Assembly: GCA_027456605.1 (NCBI GenBank) | Contig: DAIDUQ010000065.1 | Location: 5,009-69,008 of the forward strand | DNA: 64,000 nt | Reading direction: 5' to 3' | Source of the DNA: Steroidobacteraceae bacterium | GTDB lineage: Bacteria; Pseudomonadota; Gammaproteobacteria; Steroidobacterales; Steroidobacteraceae | Shown: piece after piece, positions 1-10,217 of the stretch | Numbering within the stretch: position 1 is the stretch's first letter | Layout of the letters: each line of letters opens with the position of its first letter | Notes under the pieces: generated by a model | Databases searched by the model: none | What the model was told of the DNA's origin: nothing | What the model saw: the letters and a program-made list of their open reading frames with translations, nothing else | Position numbers and translations under genes: made by a program

Positions 1-1408
1 AGGTGGCGTCGCCCGCGAAGTCATCGCGCAGGCTCAGGCCAAAGCGCAGGTAATTCGGGCCGATCGAGGTGCCGCGCGCGTCGATCAGCAGCCCATAGCG
101 CGCACCGCGGCGCACGAGTTGGTAATCGAGCGTGTCGAGCCCGCCCAGGCCGTACAGCGTGGTGATGCGCCGGGCGATCGCATTGGGATTCAGCCGCCGG
201 CCGACCATGTCGCCGAAGAGACTTTCGATCGGCGCCGAGAACTGCTGCGAGCCGGTCTCGACCTCGACGAACGCGATGCGCGGCGGCGGCCGGCGCAGCG
301 CGGCGCGGCGGCGCTGGTAGCGCTGGTACGCCGCGCGGCTCACCGAGAGCGCCTCGAGCCGCGTGCGCATCCGCCAGGCCGCGCCCTCCCCGAGGGCGAG
401 CAGCCGGTTCACGTTGCCGAAGTCGAACGAGGAGATGCCCCGCAGCTTCGGACGGATCAGGATGTCGTGCGGCCCGAGGGTCGCGAGCTCGCGCTCGGAC
501 TTGCGCGCCATCAGGATCGCGAGCGCCTGAGCGCTGATACCGGCCACACCGTTCAGCCGCGAAACCGGCTGCAACGGATAGCTCACGTCGACGACGATCA
601 GCACGTTCACGCCCATCGCGCGGGCGACATCGATCGGCACGTTGTCCGCCAGGCCACCATCGACCAACAGCCGGCCGTTGCGCGGCACCGGCGCGAACAC
701 TCCCGGCGCCGACATGCTGGCGCGCATGGCGCTGGTCAGATCACCCGAGCTCATCACCACTTCCTTGCCGGTGGCGAGGTCGGTGGCGACGGCGCGAAAC
801 GGCGTGGGCAGATCGTTGAAATTCGTGATGCGCGCGACGGGCAGTGTCAGGCGGCGCAGCAATTCGGTCAGGCTCTGTCCCTCGATCAACCCCTGCGGGA
901 GCACCAGATGCCAGTTCCTGACCCCGATCCGGAAACGGACCAGGAAGCTCTCATCCTCCTCCTTGCGCCGCAGGGTCAGATCCTGACGCGGGGGCTGATC
1001 GCGGAAAGCCTCCTGCCAATTGAGCGAGCGCACCATTGCGGCAATCTGCCGGGCCGTGAGACCGCTCGCGTACAGGCCGCCCACCACCGCGCCCATGCTC
1101 GTGCCGGCGATCGCGGCGATCGGCACCCGCAGCTTCTGCAGCACCTCGAGCACGCCGATCTGGGCAATGCCGCGGGCTCCGCCGCCGGACAGCACCAAGC
1201 CGATACGCGGGCGGCGCGGCGCACCCGGCCGCAACGCGCCCGGGTCGACGACATACACGCCGGCGGGCAGCGCCGGACGGCAACGCACCGCCGCGCAGGG
1301 ACAGACCGAGGCCGTTGGCGCCGTGGCGCGCGCGGCGGGCGCCAGCCACAGGCAAGCCACTAGACCCAGCATCCCGAGCCGAATGCCGGCCGTCTCCGAG
1401 CGCTTCAT
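1..1408 (-). CDS. patatin-like phospholipase with C-terminal POTRA/Omp85-like extension (PlpD/RssA-like); 3' end runs off the window
   Basis: Absent from the ORF track because its stop is off-window. Manual reverse translation from ATG at 1408 gives MKRSETAGIRLGMLGLVACLW (signal-like). Patatin motifs follow: GLVLSGGGARGIAQIGVLEVL (GGGxRG), AGTSMGAVVGG (GxSxG) and LLVDGGLADNVP (DGG). The distal part, YGLLIDARGTSIGPNYLRFGLSLRDDF, resembles the start of a surface-antigen barrel. Confidence 0.85.
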   Translation of the reverse strand, partial: MKRSETAGIRLGMLGLVACLWLAPAARATAPTASVCPCAAVRCRPALPAGVYVVDPGALRPGAPRRPRIGLVLSGGGARGIAQIGVLEVLQKLRVPIAAIAGTSMGAVVGGLYASGLTARQIAAMVRSLNWQEAFRDQPPRQDLTLRRKEEDESFLVRFRIGVRNWHLVLPQGLIEGQSLTELLRRLTLPVARITNFNDLPTPFRAVATDLATGKEVVMSSGDLTSAMRASMSAPGVFAPVPRNGRLLVDGGLADNVPIDVARAMGVNVLIVVDVSYPLQPVSRLNGVAGISAQALAILMARKSERELATLGPHDILIRPKLRGISSFDFGNVNRLLALGEGAAWRMRTRLEALSVSRAAYQRYQRRRAALRRPPPRIAFVEVETGSQQFSAPIESLFGDMVGRRLNPNAIARRITTLYGLGGLDTLDYQLVRRGARYGLLIDARGTSIGPNYLRFGLSLRDDFAGDAT

Positions 1409-1528
1409 TCAGTGTTCCGGCGAGAAAAGGCGTCGATGCGGGCTAGGATATCAGCATGCCGCCCCATCCCGTCCGCGAGGGACGGCAGCGGGATACGGCA
1501 CGCCCGATGCGGTAGGATATCAGGCTCC

Positions 1529-2269
1529 ATGACGTATCTGCTGTACGCCGCGCTCCCCTATATCCTCTCGCTGGTCTTGATCATCCACTGTATCAAGACC
1601 GGCCGCAGCTGGATCTGGGTGTTCGTGATGTTGTTCCTGCCGCTGCTGGGGGCCCTGGCCTACACCGCGGTGGAGATCCTGCCGGAGCTGGTGCGCGGGA
1701 GCTCCGGGCGCCGCGCCGCGCGCGGGCTGAAGAAAGCCATCGACCCGTTCGGGGATCTGCGCCGGTTCCAGCAGGAAGCCGAGCTCACCGGCAACGTGGC
1801 GAACCGCCAGCGCTATGCCGATGAGCTGGCCCGGCACGGCCGCTACGCCGAGTCGGCCGAGCAGTACCGCCAGACGCTGACCGGCCTGTACGAACACGAC
1901 CCGAATCTGATGCTCGGCTTGGCGCGCGCGCAGTTCGGCAACGGCGAAGCGTCGGCCGCCCGCGCGACCCTCGAAGCGCTCATGCAGCACAATCCGCAGT
2001 TCAACTCTCCGGAGCGGCACCTGCTGTATGCGCGGGCGCTCGAAGCCGAGGGCAGCGTGCAGCCCGCGTTGGAAGAGTATCGCACCCTGGCGCACGCCTA
2101 CCCCGGCGCCGAGGCGGCGGTGCGCTACGCGCAGCTTCTGCAGCGGCAGGGACAGCCGGAGGAGGCGCGCAAGGTGGCGCGCGAGCTGCTCGAGCAGGCG
2201 CGCCTGGCGCCCTCGCACTATCGGCGGGCACAGCGCACCTGGCTCGACGAGGCCGCGCGCCTGCTGTGA
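1529..2269 (+). CDS. membrane-anchored TPR-repeat protein (N-terminal PLD-nuclease-N / cardiolipin-synthase-N type 2-TM segment)
   Basis: Track ORF 1412..2269. The internal ATG at 1529 gives MTYLLYAALPYILSLVLIIHCIKTGRSWIWVFVMLFLPLLGALAY, followed by TPR-like helical repeats (YADELARHGRYAESAEQYRQTL; LLYARALEAEGSVQPALEEYRTL). Confidence 0.65.
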   Translation: MTYLLYAALPYILSLVLIIHCIKTGRSWIWVFVMLFLPLLGALAYTAVEILPELVRGSSGRRAARGLKKAIDPFGDLRRFQQEAELTGNVANRQRYADELARHGRYAESAEQYRQTLTGLYEHDPNLMLGLARAQFGNGEASAARATLEALMQHNPQFNSPERHLLYARALEAEGSVQPALEEYRTLAHAYPGAEAAVRYAQLLQRQGQPEEARKVARELLEQARLAPSHYRRAQRTWLDEAARLL

Positions 2270-2321
2270 CGCTCGCCGGGCGTGTACCGGCCCCGGAACG
2301 TGCGCACGATCGTCCGGCGAT

Positions 2322-3200
2322 TCAGAGCCCCTGACGCCCCGCGCGGCGCATCGCCGAACGGCCCAACACGACGCCAAACTCCTTCTCGCCCTCTCCGTGG
2401 GCGAGCGCCTCGAGCATCGTGTCCCGCATGAGGCTCGCGAACGGCATCGGGGCGGTCACCGCCTCGGCCGCCGCAAGCGCCAGCCTCACGTCCTTCAACC
2501 CCAGCCGCGCCGTGAATCCCGCCGGCTCGTCGCGGGCCGCCGCGATCAGCCGCCCGTAGCCCTGATACACCGGCCCGGGGAAGAACGTCTGGCTCACCAG
2601 CTCGAACAGCTTGCCCGGCTCGATGCCGTAGCCGCTGCCGAGCGACGCCGCCTCGCCCATCGACTCGATGGCCGCGGCCAGCATGAAGTTCATGGCGAGC
2701 TTGACGACGTTCGCCTGAGCGGCGCGCTCGCCGAACCGCCAGGTCCGCTGCCCGATCACGTCCAACAGCGGCTGCACGCGATCCAGATCGACCGCCGGAC
2801 CGGCCGCGACGATGTTGAGCTTGCCCGCCGCCGCGACGTCCGGCCGACCCAGGACCGGCGCGGCGATGTAGCCGCAGCCCTGATCGCCCAGCGCGGCGGC
2901 GAGCTCGTCGCTGAGATCCGGCGAGATGGTGGCCATGTTGACGTGCACGGTGCCCGGCTTGGCCGGCAGCGCAGCCTCGAGCAGCACCTCGCGCACCGCC
3001 CGATCGTCGCTCAGAATGGAGAACACCACCGGCGCGGCGCACGCCTCGCGAGCGGTCGCGACCACCGTCGCGCCCCGCTCGGCGAGCCGGCGGGCCGGCT
3101 CCGGGGAGCGATTCCATACCGTCATCGCATGTCCCGACGCGATCAGCCGCGCGGCGATGGCGCCGCCCATGTTCCCCAGGCCGATGAATCCGATGTTCAT
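2322..3200 (-). CDS. NAD(P)-dependent beta-hydroxyacid dehydrogenase family oxidoreductase (3-hydroxyisobutyrate/6-phosphogluconate dehydrogenase-like)
   Basis: 292 aa ORF with the N-terminal Rossmann motif MNIGFIGLGNMGGAIAARL. Length and overall pattern are typical of the family. Confidence 0.85.
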   Translation of the reverse strand: MNIGFIGLGNMGGAIAARLIASGHAMTVWNRSPEPARRLAERGATVVATAREACAAPVVFSILSDDRAVREVLLEAALPAKPGTVHVNMATISPDLSDELAAALGDQGCGYIAAPVLGRPDVAAAGKLNIVAAGPAVDLDRVQPLLDVIGQRTWRFGERAAQANVVKLAMNFMLAAAIESMGEAASLGSGYGIEPGKLFELVSQTFFPGPVYQGYGRLIAAARDEPAGFTARLGLKDVRLALAAAEAVTAPMPFASLMRDTMLEALAHGEGEKEFGVVLGRSAMRRAGRQGL

Positions 3201-3273
3201 GATCCGCCTCCGTTGACTCGCAGCGCCTCATGCTAGCATCGGTTCTCTCCACGGGTTCCCGAGGCGGGCGCGT

Positions 3274-4194
3274 ATGAGTCCCATGCCCACAACCGAGCCG
3301 GTCCACGCGGGTTCTCCCGCGACGGCCGAACTCGCGACAGTGCTCGAGGCACGATCGCACGATATCGGCGGATTGACGGTCGGGCGGGTCCTGCCCTCGA
3401 TGGCGCGCCGCAGGGTCGGTCCCTTCGTTTTCTTCGATCACATGGGCCCGGTGACGCTGCCGGCCGGGGGCGGCCTCGATGTCCGTCCGCATCCGCACAT
3501 CGGGCTCGCCACGGTCACGTATCTGTTCGAGGGCGAGATCATCCATCGCGACAGCCTCGGCTCGCATCAGGCGATCCGGCCCGGCGACATCAATTGGATG
3601 ACCGCCGGCGCCGGCATCGTGCACTCCGAGCGCACCGCCCCCGAGCAGCGCGCCCGGGGCGCACGCTTGAATGGTCTGCAGCTGTGGATCGCACTGCCCG
3701 CCCCGTACGAGGAGACGGCCCCGCAATTCCATCACCACGCCGCCGAAACGCTGCCCACCCTCGAGCGCGCCGGGGCCGAGGTCCGGCTCCTCGCCGGCGA
3801 GGCCTACGGCCGCCGCGCGCCCGTCAAAACCTTCTCCCCACTGTTCTATGCCGATGTCTCGCTCCTGGCCGGAGCGGAGTTTCCCGTCACCGACGAATAC
3901 ACCGAGCGGGCCGCCTACGTCGTGGCAGGCGATGTCACGTGCGCGGGCGGACGTTCCGGTCCCGGTCGGATGCTGGTGTTCGCCGCCGGGGCGGCCATCG
4001 GGCTGAGCTCCCCCACCGGCGCCCGGGTCGTGCTGATCGGCGGCGAGCCGGTGGGCGAGCGCCACGTCTATTGGAATTTCGTCGCAAGCTCCCTGGAGCG
4101 CATCGAGCAGGCCAAGCGCGATTGGCGCGAGGGCCGCTTCCCGAAAGTACCGGGCGACGATCTCGAGTTCATCCCGTTGCCCGAGTCGAGCTGA
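3274..4194 (+). CDS. pirin family protein
   Basis: 306 aa with bicupin pirin signatures: FFDHMGPV, RPHPHIGLATVTYLFEGEIIHRDSLG, INWMTAGAGIVHSER. Confidence 0.85.
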   Translation: MSPMPTTEPVHAGSPATAELATVLEARSHDIGGLTVGRVLPSMARRRVGPFVFFDHMGPVTLPAGGGLDVRPHPHIGLATVTYLFEGEIIHRDSLGSHQAIRPGDINWMTAGAGIVHSERTAPEQRARGARLNGLQLWIALPAPYEETAPQFHHHAAETLPTLERAGAEVRLLAGEAYGRRAPVKTFSPLFYADVSLLAGAEFPVTDEYTERAAYVVAGDVTCAGGRSGPGRMLVFAAGAAIGLSSPTGARVVLIGGEPVGERHVYWNFVASSLERIEQAKRDWREGRFPKVPGDDLEFIPLPESS

Positions 4195-4207
4195 CGGCGG
4201 GCACGTC

Positions 4208-5221
4208 GTGAGCGAGCTCGCGCTGGACTTCCCCGCCATCGAGGCCGCGCGCCGCCGGCTCGACGGCGTGGCGCACCGCACACCCGTGCTCACCTCGTCC
4301 ACCGCGGACGCGCTGACCGGCGCACGCCTCTACTTCAAGTGCGAGAACTTCCAGCGCATGGGCGCGTTCAAGTTCCGCGGCGCCTACAACGCCGTGGCCC
4401 GGCTCGATCCGGCGCACCGGGCCGCGGGGGTGGTCGCCTACTCCTCGGGCAATCACGCCCAGGCGATTGCGCTGGCCTGCCGGCTGCTCGGCAGCCGCGC
4501 GGTCATCGTGATGCCGCGGGACGCCCCGCGCGGCAAGCTCGCGGCCACGCGGGACTATGGCGGCGAAGTCGTGCTCTACGATCGCTATGGCGAGGACCGC
4601 GAGGCGATCGGCCGGCACCTCGCCACGCAACGGGGCCTGACGCTCATTCCGCCCTACGATCATCCCGACATCATGGCCGGCCAGGGCACCGCGGCCTGCG
4701 AGCTGATCGAGCAGGCCGGCCCCCTCGATGTGCTGCTGGCGCCGCTCGGTGGCGGCGGACTGCTCTGCGGCAGCGCCGTGGCGGCGCACGCGCTCTGTCC
4801 GGACTGCACGGTGATCGGGGTCGAGCCCGAGGCGGGCGACGACGGCCGCCAGAGCCTGCGCGCCGGGCACATCGTGCACATCGAAACGCCCGACACGATC
4901 GCGGACGGCGCCCAGACCCAACATCTGGGCCAGCACACGTTTCCGGTGATCCAGACGCACGTCCACGCCATCGTCACGGCGAGCGACGCGCAGCTGGTGG
5001 CCGCCATGGCCTTCTGTGCCGAGCGCATGAAGATCGTCATCGAGCCGACGGGAGCGCTGGCGGTTGCGGCCGCATTCGGCGGCGGGCTCGATATCCGCGG
5101 CCGGCGCGTCGGGATCATTCTCTCCGGCGGCAACATCGACCTCGAGCGCCACGCGGCGCTGCTCGCGGGAATCTCGCGCGAGGGCGCGTCCCTACGGCCC
5201 ACCGGCGCCGGCGGCGGGTGA
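4208..5221 (+). CDS. PLP-dependent serine/threonine dehydratase family enzyme (threo-3-hydroxyaspartate ammonia-lyase / serine racemase-like)
   Basis: 337 aa with a GTG start. The PLP-lysine motif is YFKCENFQRMGAFKFRGAYNA, and the tetraglycine-like loop is LAPLGGGGLLCG. Confidence 0.8.
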   Translation: MSELALDFPAIEAARRRLDGVAHRTPVLTSSTADALTGARLYFKCENFQRMGAFKFRGAYNAVARLDPAHRAAGVVAYSSGNHAQAIALACRLLGSRAVIVMPRDAPRGKLAATRDYGGEVVLYDRYGEDREAIGRHLATQRGLTLIPPYDHPDIMAGQGTAACELIEQAGPLDVLLAPLGGGGLLCGSAVAAHALCPDCTVIGVEPEAGDDGRQSLRAGHIVHIETPDTIADGAQTQHLGQHTFPVIQTHVHAIVTASDAQLVAAMAFCAERMKIVIEPTGALAVAAAFGGGLDIRGRRVGIILSGGNIDLERHAALLAGISREGASLRPTGAGGG

Positions 5222-6337
5222 GTTCGGCCGGACGCGCGCCGCGCGCGGATCGGGCACCTGCTGCGTGATGCAATGGATTCCGCCGCCGCCGAGGAGGATC
5301 TCGCGCGCCGGCACCCCGAGCAGCTCTCGATCGGGGCAGGCTCGCCGCAGCGTCTCGGCCGCCTGCCCGTCGGTGCGCGGGTCGAGCAACGGCATCACGA
5401 TGCCGCCGTTGGCGAAGTAGAAATTCACGTAGCTCGCCGCCAGACGCTCCGCCGCGCGGCGCGGCTTGCACGACGCGCTCGACTGGATGCCGCGCGCTTC
5501 CGCCGCGGTCATGTACAGCGGCCCGGGCATGGGCAGCTTGATGATCTCGAGCCTGCGGCCGAGCGCATCGCGCGCCGCGCGCAGACGCTCCTCTGCCGCC
5601 CGCGAGCGCTCGTATTGCGGATCGGCGCGATCGTCGGTCCAGATCAGACACACCCGGCCCGGCCCGAGGAAGCAGGCGAGATTGTCGATGTGCCCGTCCG
5701 TCTCGTCGTTGTACACCCCCGACTCGAGCCAGATGCAATGCCGCACACCCAGATAGTCGCGCAGCACCGCTTCCATGCGCTCGCGGGTCATCCCGGGATT
5801 GCGGTTCGGGTTGAGGACGCACTCCTCGGTGAGCAGCGCCGTGCCCTGCCCGTCCACGTGAATCGCGCCACCCTCGATCACGATCGGTGCGCGGTAGCGG
5901 GCGCGGCCTTCGTGCGAGAGCACCTCGATGGCCACCCGCTCGTCGCGATCCCAGGGATGGTAGAGCCCGCCCCAGGCGTTGAAGCGCCAATGCACGCCGC
6001 GCAACTCCGGCCGTCCGCTCACCAGATAGGTCGGTCCCACATCGCGCATCCAACAGTCGTCGTGCGCCACGACGTGCAGCGCGACCCGCGCCGGCAGCAG
6101 CGCGCGAGCCGCCGCGAGCTGCGGCGCCGAGACGCCGACCGACACCGGCTCGAAGCGCGCGATCGCCTCGGCCACCGCCGCGAAGGCCGCCTGCGCCGGT
6201 CCCGCCTCCTCGCGCCAGTTGTCCGGCCGCTCCGGCCAGAGCATCCAGCAGCGCTCGTGCGGCTCGAACTCCGCCGGCATCCACCAGCCGTCGGCGGCGG
6301 GAGTCCCCGCCAGGACAGCAGACTCCGGCGCGCTCAT
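5192..6337 (-). CDS. aguA: agmatine deiminase
   Basis: C-terminal 381 aa of track ORF 5192..7546, starting at the in-frame ATG 6337 (MSAPESAVL). Motifs: WMPAEFEPHERCWMLWP, DDCWMRDVGPTY, GGAIHVDGQGT, ETDGHIDN, GGGGIHCITQQ (catalytic Cys). Confidence 0.85.
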   Translation of the reverse strand: MSAPESAVLAGTPAADGWWMPAEFEPHERCWMLWPERPDNWREEAGPAQAAFAAVAEAIARFEPVSVGVSAPQLAAARALLPARVALHVVAHDDCWMRDVGPTYLVSGRPELRGVHWRFNAWGGLYHPWDRDERVAIEVLSHEGRARYRAPIVIEGGAIHVDGQGTALLTEECVLNPNRNPGMTRERMEAVLRDYLGVRHCIWLESGVYNDETDGHIDNLACFLGPGRVCLIWTDDRADPQYERSRAAEERLRAARDALGRRLEIIKLPMPGPLYMTAAEARGIQSSASCKPRRAAERLAASYVNFYFANGGIVMPLLDPRTDGQAAETLRRACPDRELLGVPAREILLGGGGIHCITQQVPDPRAARVRPNSPAAGAGGP

Positions 6338-7815
6338 CGGGTCCGTTGCTTGCTGTGCTTGAATCCGTACAGGACGTAGATCAGCCCCCCCAGGAACGTC
6401 CAGACCACCAGCCGGATCCAGGTCGCATCCGACAGGAAGTAGGTCATGAAGAGACACACGCAGGCCCCGAGCGGGCACAACACCACCGCCCACGGGACAC
6501 GGAACGGGCGATGCACGTCCGGACGCGTGTGGCGCATGACCAGGACGCCGATGCACACGACCGCAAACGCCAACAGGATGCCGATCGAGATCAGATCCGC
6601 CAACACATCGAGCGGAAAGACCGCGGCGATCAGCGCCGCGCCGATGCCCGTGATCGCCGTCGAGACGTGCGGGGTCTTGTAGCGCGGATGACAGCGGCCC
6701 ATGGCCGGCGGCAGCAGGCCGTCGTCGGCCATCGACAGCAGGATGCGCGGTTGCCCCAGGATGGACGTGAGGATCACCGAGGTCATGCCGATGACCGTCC
6801 CGAGGATCACCAGCGATCGCAGCCAGGACAGCGCCGGATGCGCATTGAGCGCTACCGCCACCGGCGCGGTCACGTTGAGCTTGGCGTACGGCACCATCCC
6901 GGTCACGACCGCCGCCATGGCGAGGTAGAGCACCGTCGAGATCACCAGCGTGCCGATGATCCCGAGCGGCAGGTCGCGCTGCGGATTGCGCGCCTCCAGC
7001 GCCGTGGTCGAGGCCGTATCGAAGCCCACGTAGGAGAAGAAGATGATCCCGGCCCCCCGCAGCACCCCGGTCCATCCGAAGCGGCCGAAGGTGCCCGTAT
7101 TGGGCGGGATATACGGGTGCCAGTTGCCCGGGTTGATGAACTTCAGCCCCGCGACGATGACGATCAGGATCACCGCGATCTTCAGGGCCACCATGAAGTT
7201 CGTGGCGCGCGCGGTCTCCTGTATGCCGACATAACACAAGGCGCTCAGCGCCAGCACGATCAGCATTGCCGGCACGTTCATGATGGCCCCGCTGGCCACC
7301 AGATGGCCCGCCGCGTTCTGGTGAAACGGCGCATGCACCCAGATGGCCGGCAGACGAATGCCCCAGCCGGCCAGCAGATCGACCACGTAGCCCGACCAAC
7401 TCACCGCCACCGCCGAGGCCGAAATGCCGTACTCGAGCAGCAGGTTCCAGCCGATGAACCAGGCCACGACCTCCCCGAGGGTGGCGTATGTGTAGCTGTA
7501 CGCGCTGCCAGGAACCGGCAGGAACGCCGCGAACTCCGCGTAGCACAGCGCCGCCAGGCCGCTGCCGAAAGCCGCGATCATCAGCGAGATCGTGATCGCG
7601 GGCCCGGAGTGTCTGGCCGCGACCACGCCGGTGAGCACGAAAATGCCCGAGCCGATCGTGGCGCCGATGCCAATGGCCATGAGCGCCCAGACGGACAGCG
7701 TCTGCTTCAGGCGCTCGGCCCCGGAGCGCTCCGGCGCGACGATGGGATGCACGGCAAAGAGCTTGCGCAGCAGCGAATTCCCGCCCGCGTTATCGTTGTC
7801 GGCGGCCTCGTTCAT
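6334..7815 (-). CDS. APC-superfamily amino acid/polyamine permease
   Basis: Track ORF 6334..7935, with start reset to ATG 7815 (MNEAADND). It has about 12 predicted TM segments. The APC signature is LMAIGIGATIGSGIFVLTG. A 4-nt ATGA overlap with the aguA start suggests an operon. Confidence 0.85.
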   Translation of the reverse strand: MNEAADNDNAGGNSLLRKLFAVHPIVAPERSGAERLKQTLSVWALMAIGIGATIGSGIFVLTGVVAARHSGPAITISLMIAAFGSGLAALCYAEFAAFLPVPGSAYSYTYATLGEVVAWFIGWNLLLEYGISASAVAVSWSGYVVDLLAGWGIRLPAIWVHAPFHQNAAGHLVASGAIMNVPAMLIVLALSALCYVGIQETARATNFMVALKIAVILIVIVAGLKFINPGNWHPYIPPNTGTFGRFGWTGVLRGAGIIFFSYVGFDTASTTALEARNPQRDLPLGIIGTLVISTVLYLAMAAVVTGMVPYAKLNVTAPVAVALNAHPALSWLRSLVILGTVIGMTSVILTSILGQPRILLSMADDGLLPPAMGRCHPRYKTPHVSTAITGIGAALIAAVFPLDVLADLISIGILLAFAVVCIGVLVMRHTRPDVHRPFRVPWAVVLCPLGACVCLFMTYFLSDATWIRLVVWTFLGGLIYVLYGFKHSKQRTR

Positions 7816-7998
7816 GATGCGGGCGACCCCCCAGAAAATAATTCGGGCAAGTGTGGCACAGTTGCCGCACCCCTGCCCGGCAGGCACGGGCCGGTGTCTG
7901 CCCCAGTCCGCCCTCCGGCAAGCCCGTGCTAGCATTACCGGCCCGCTCGGCTCAGGCCGCAGCCGGTCGCTCAGGTTTTCCGATTACGAGGAGTCCCC

Positions 7999-9303
<1,305 letters not shown>

Positions 9304-9319
9304 GCCGCTCGGCGCAGCC

Positions 9320-9949
9320 GTGACCATCGACCGGACGGCGGACGTACTCGACTGGGCGCGCAAGGTGCAGGCGTTGGCGCAGAACGGCCTTGCCTTCACC
9401 CGCGACCCTTTTGATCGCGAGCGCTACCACGAGCTTCAGGACCTGGCCGCGGCGCTGCTCGCCGGCGCGCTCGAGATCCCGATCGAGCGCGCCCGGGCTC
9501 TCTGGGACGGGGAGCCCGGCTATGCGACACCGAAAGTCGACGTGCGCGGCGCGATCTTCGAAGACGAGCGCGTGCTCCTGGTGCGCGAGCGCTCGGACGG
9601 CAAGTGGACGCTGCCCGGCGGCTGGGTCGACGTCAACGACGCGCCCTCGGCGGCCGTGGCGCGGGAAATCCATGAGGAATCCGGCTACGAGGCCCGCGCG
9701 GTCAAGCTCGCGGCGCTCGTCGACCGGCGGCGCCATCCGCATCCGCCCGCCATCCACCACATCTACAAGCTGATGTTCGTCTGCGAGCGCACCGGCGGGG
9801 AGCCGGCGGCCGGCACCGAGACCGACGCCGTGGACTTTTTTCCGGTGCGCGCGCTGCCCGAGCTGTCTACGGGCCGGATACTCGCGCCGCAGATCGAACG
9901 ACTCTACACCCATCACCTGCACCCCGATCTGCCCACCGACTTCGACTGA
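9320..9949 (+). CDS. NUDIX hydrolase with N-terminal helical domain
   Basis: 209 aa. Nudix box: GGWVDVNDAPSAAVAREIHEESGY. Confidence 0.8.
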   Translation: MTIDRTADVLDWARKVQALAQNGLAFTRDPFDRERYHELQDLAAALLAGALEIPIERARALWDGEPGYATPKVDVRGAIFEDERVLLVRERSDGKWTLPGGWVDVNDAPSAAVAREIHEESGYEARAVKLAALVDRRRHPHPPAIHHIYKLMFVCERTGGEPAAGTETDAVDFFPVRALPELSTGRILAPQIERLYTHHLHPDLPTDFD

Positions 9950-10003
9950 CACGGCCGCCGCCGCGCTCCCGTGTCCGCGGTGAATCCGGGTACACTGGCG
10001 CGC

Positions 10004-10204
10004 ATGAGCCGCATTCTGATCGTTCTCGGGACGCTGCTGACCCTGGTGGGCCTCGGCTGGCACTGGGTACGGCGCCTGCCGCTGTTCAAGCTGCCCGGCG
10101 ACATCGTCATCGATCGGCCGGGCTTTCAGTTCTTCTTCCCCATCACCACGATGCTGCTGATCAGTCTGGTGATATCGATCCTGGCATGGATCTTCCGGCG
10201 CTGA
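10004..10204 (+). CDS. DUF2905 family small membrane protein
   Basis: Track ORF 9971..10204. The ATG at 10004 gives the typical 66-aa protein MSRILIVLGTLLTLVGLGWHW...LPGDIVIDRPGFQFFFPITTMLLISLVISILAWIFRR. Confidence 0.6.
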   Translation: MSRILIVLGTLLTLVGLGWHWVRRLPLFKLPGDIVIDRPGFQFFFPITTMLLISLVISILAWIFRR

Positions 10205-10217
10205 GGCGCGCGCACGC

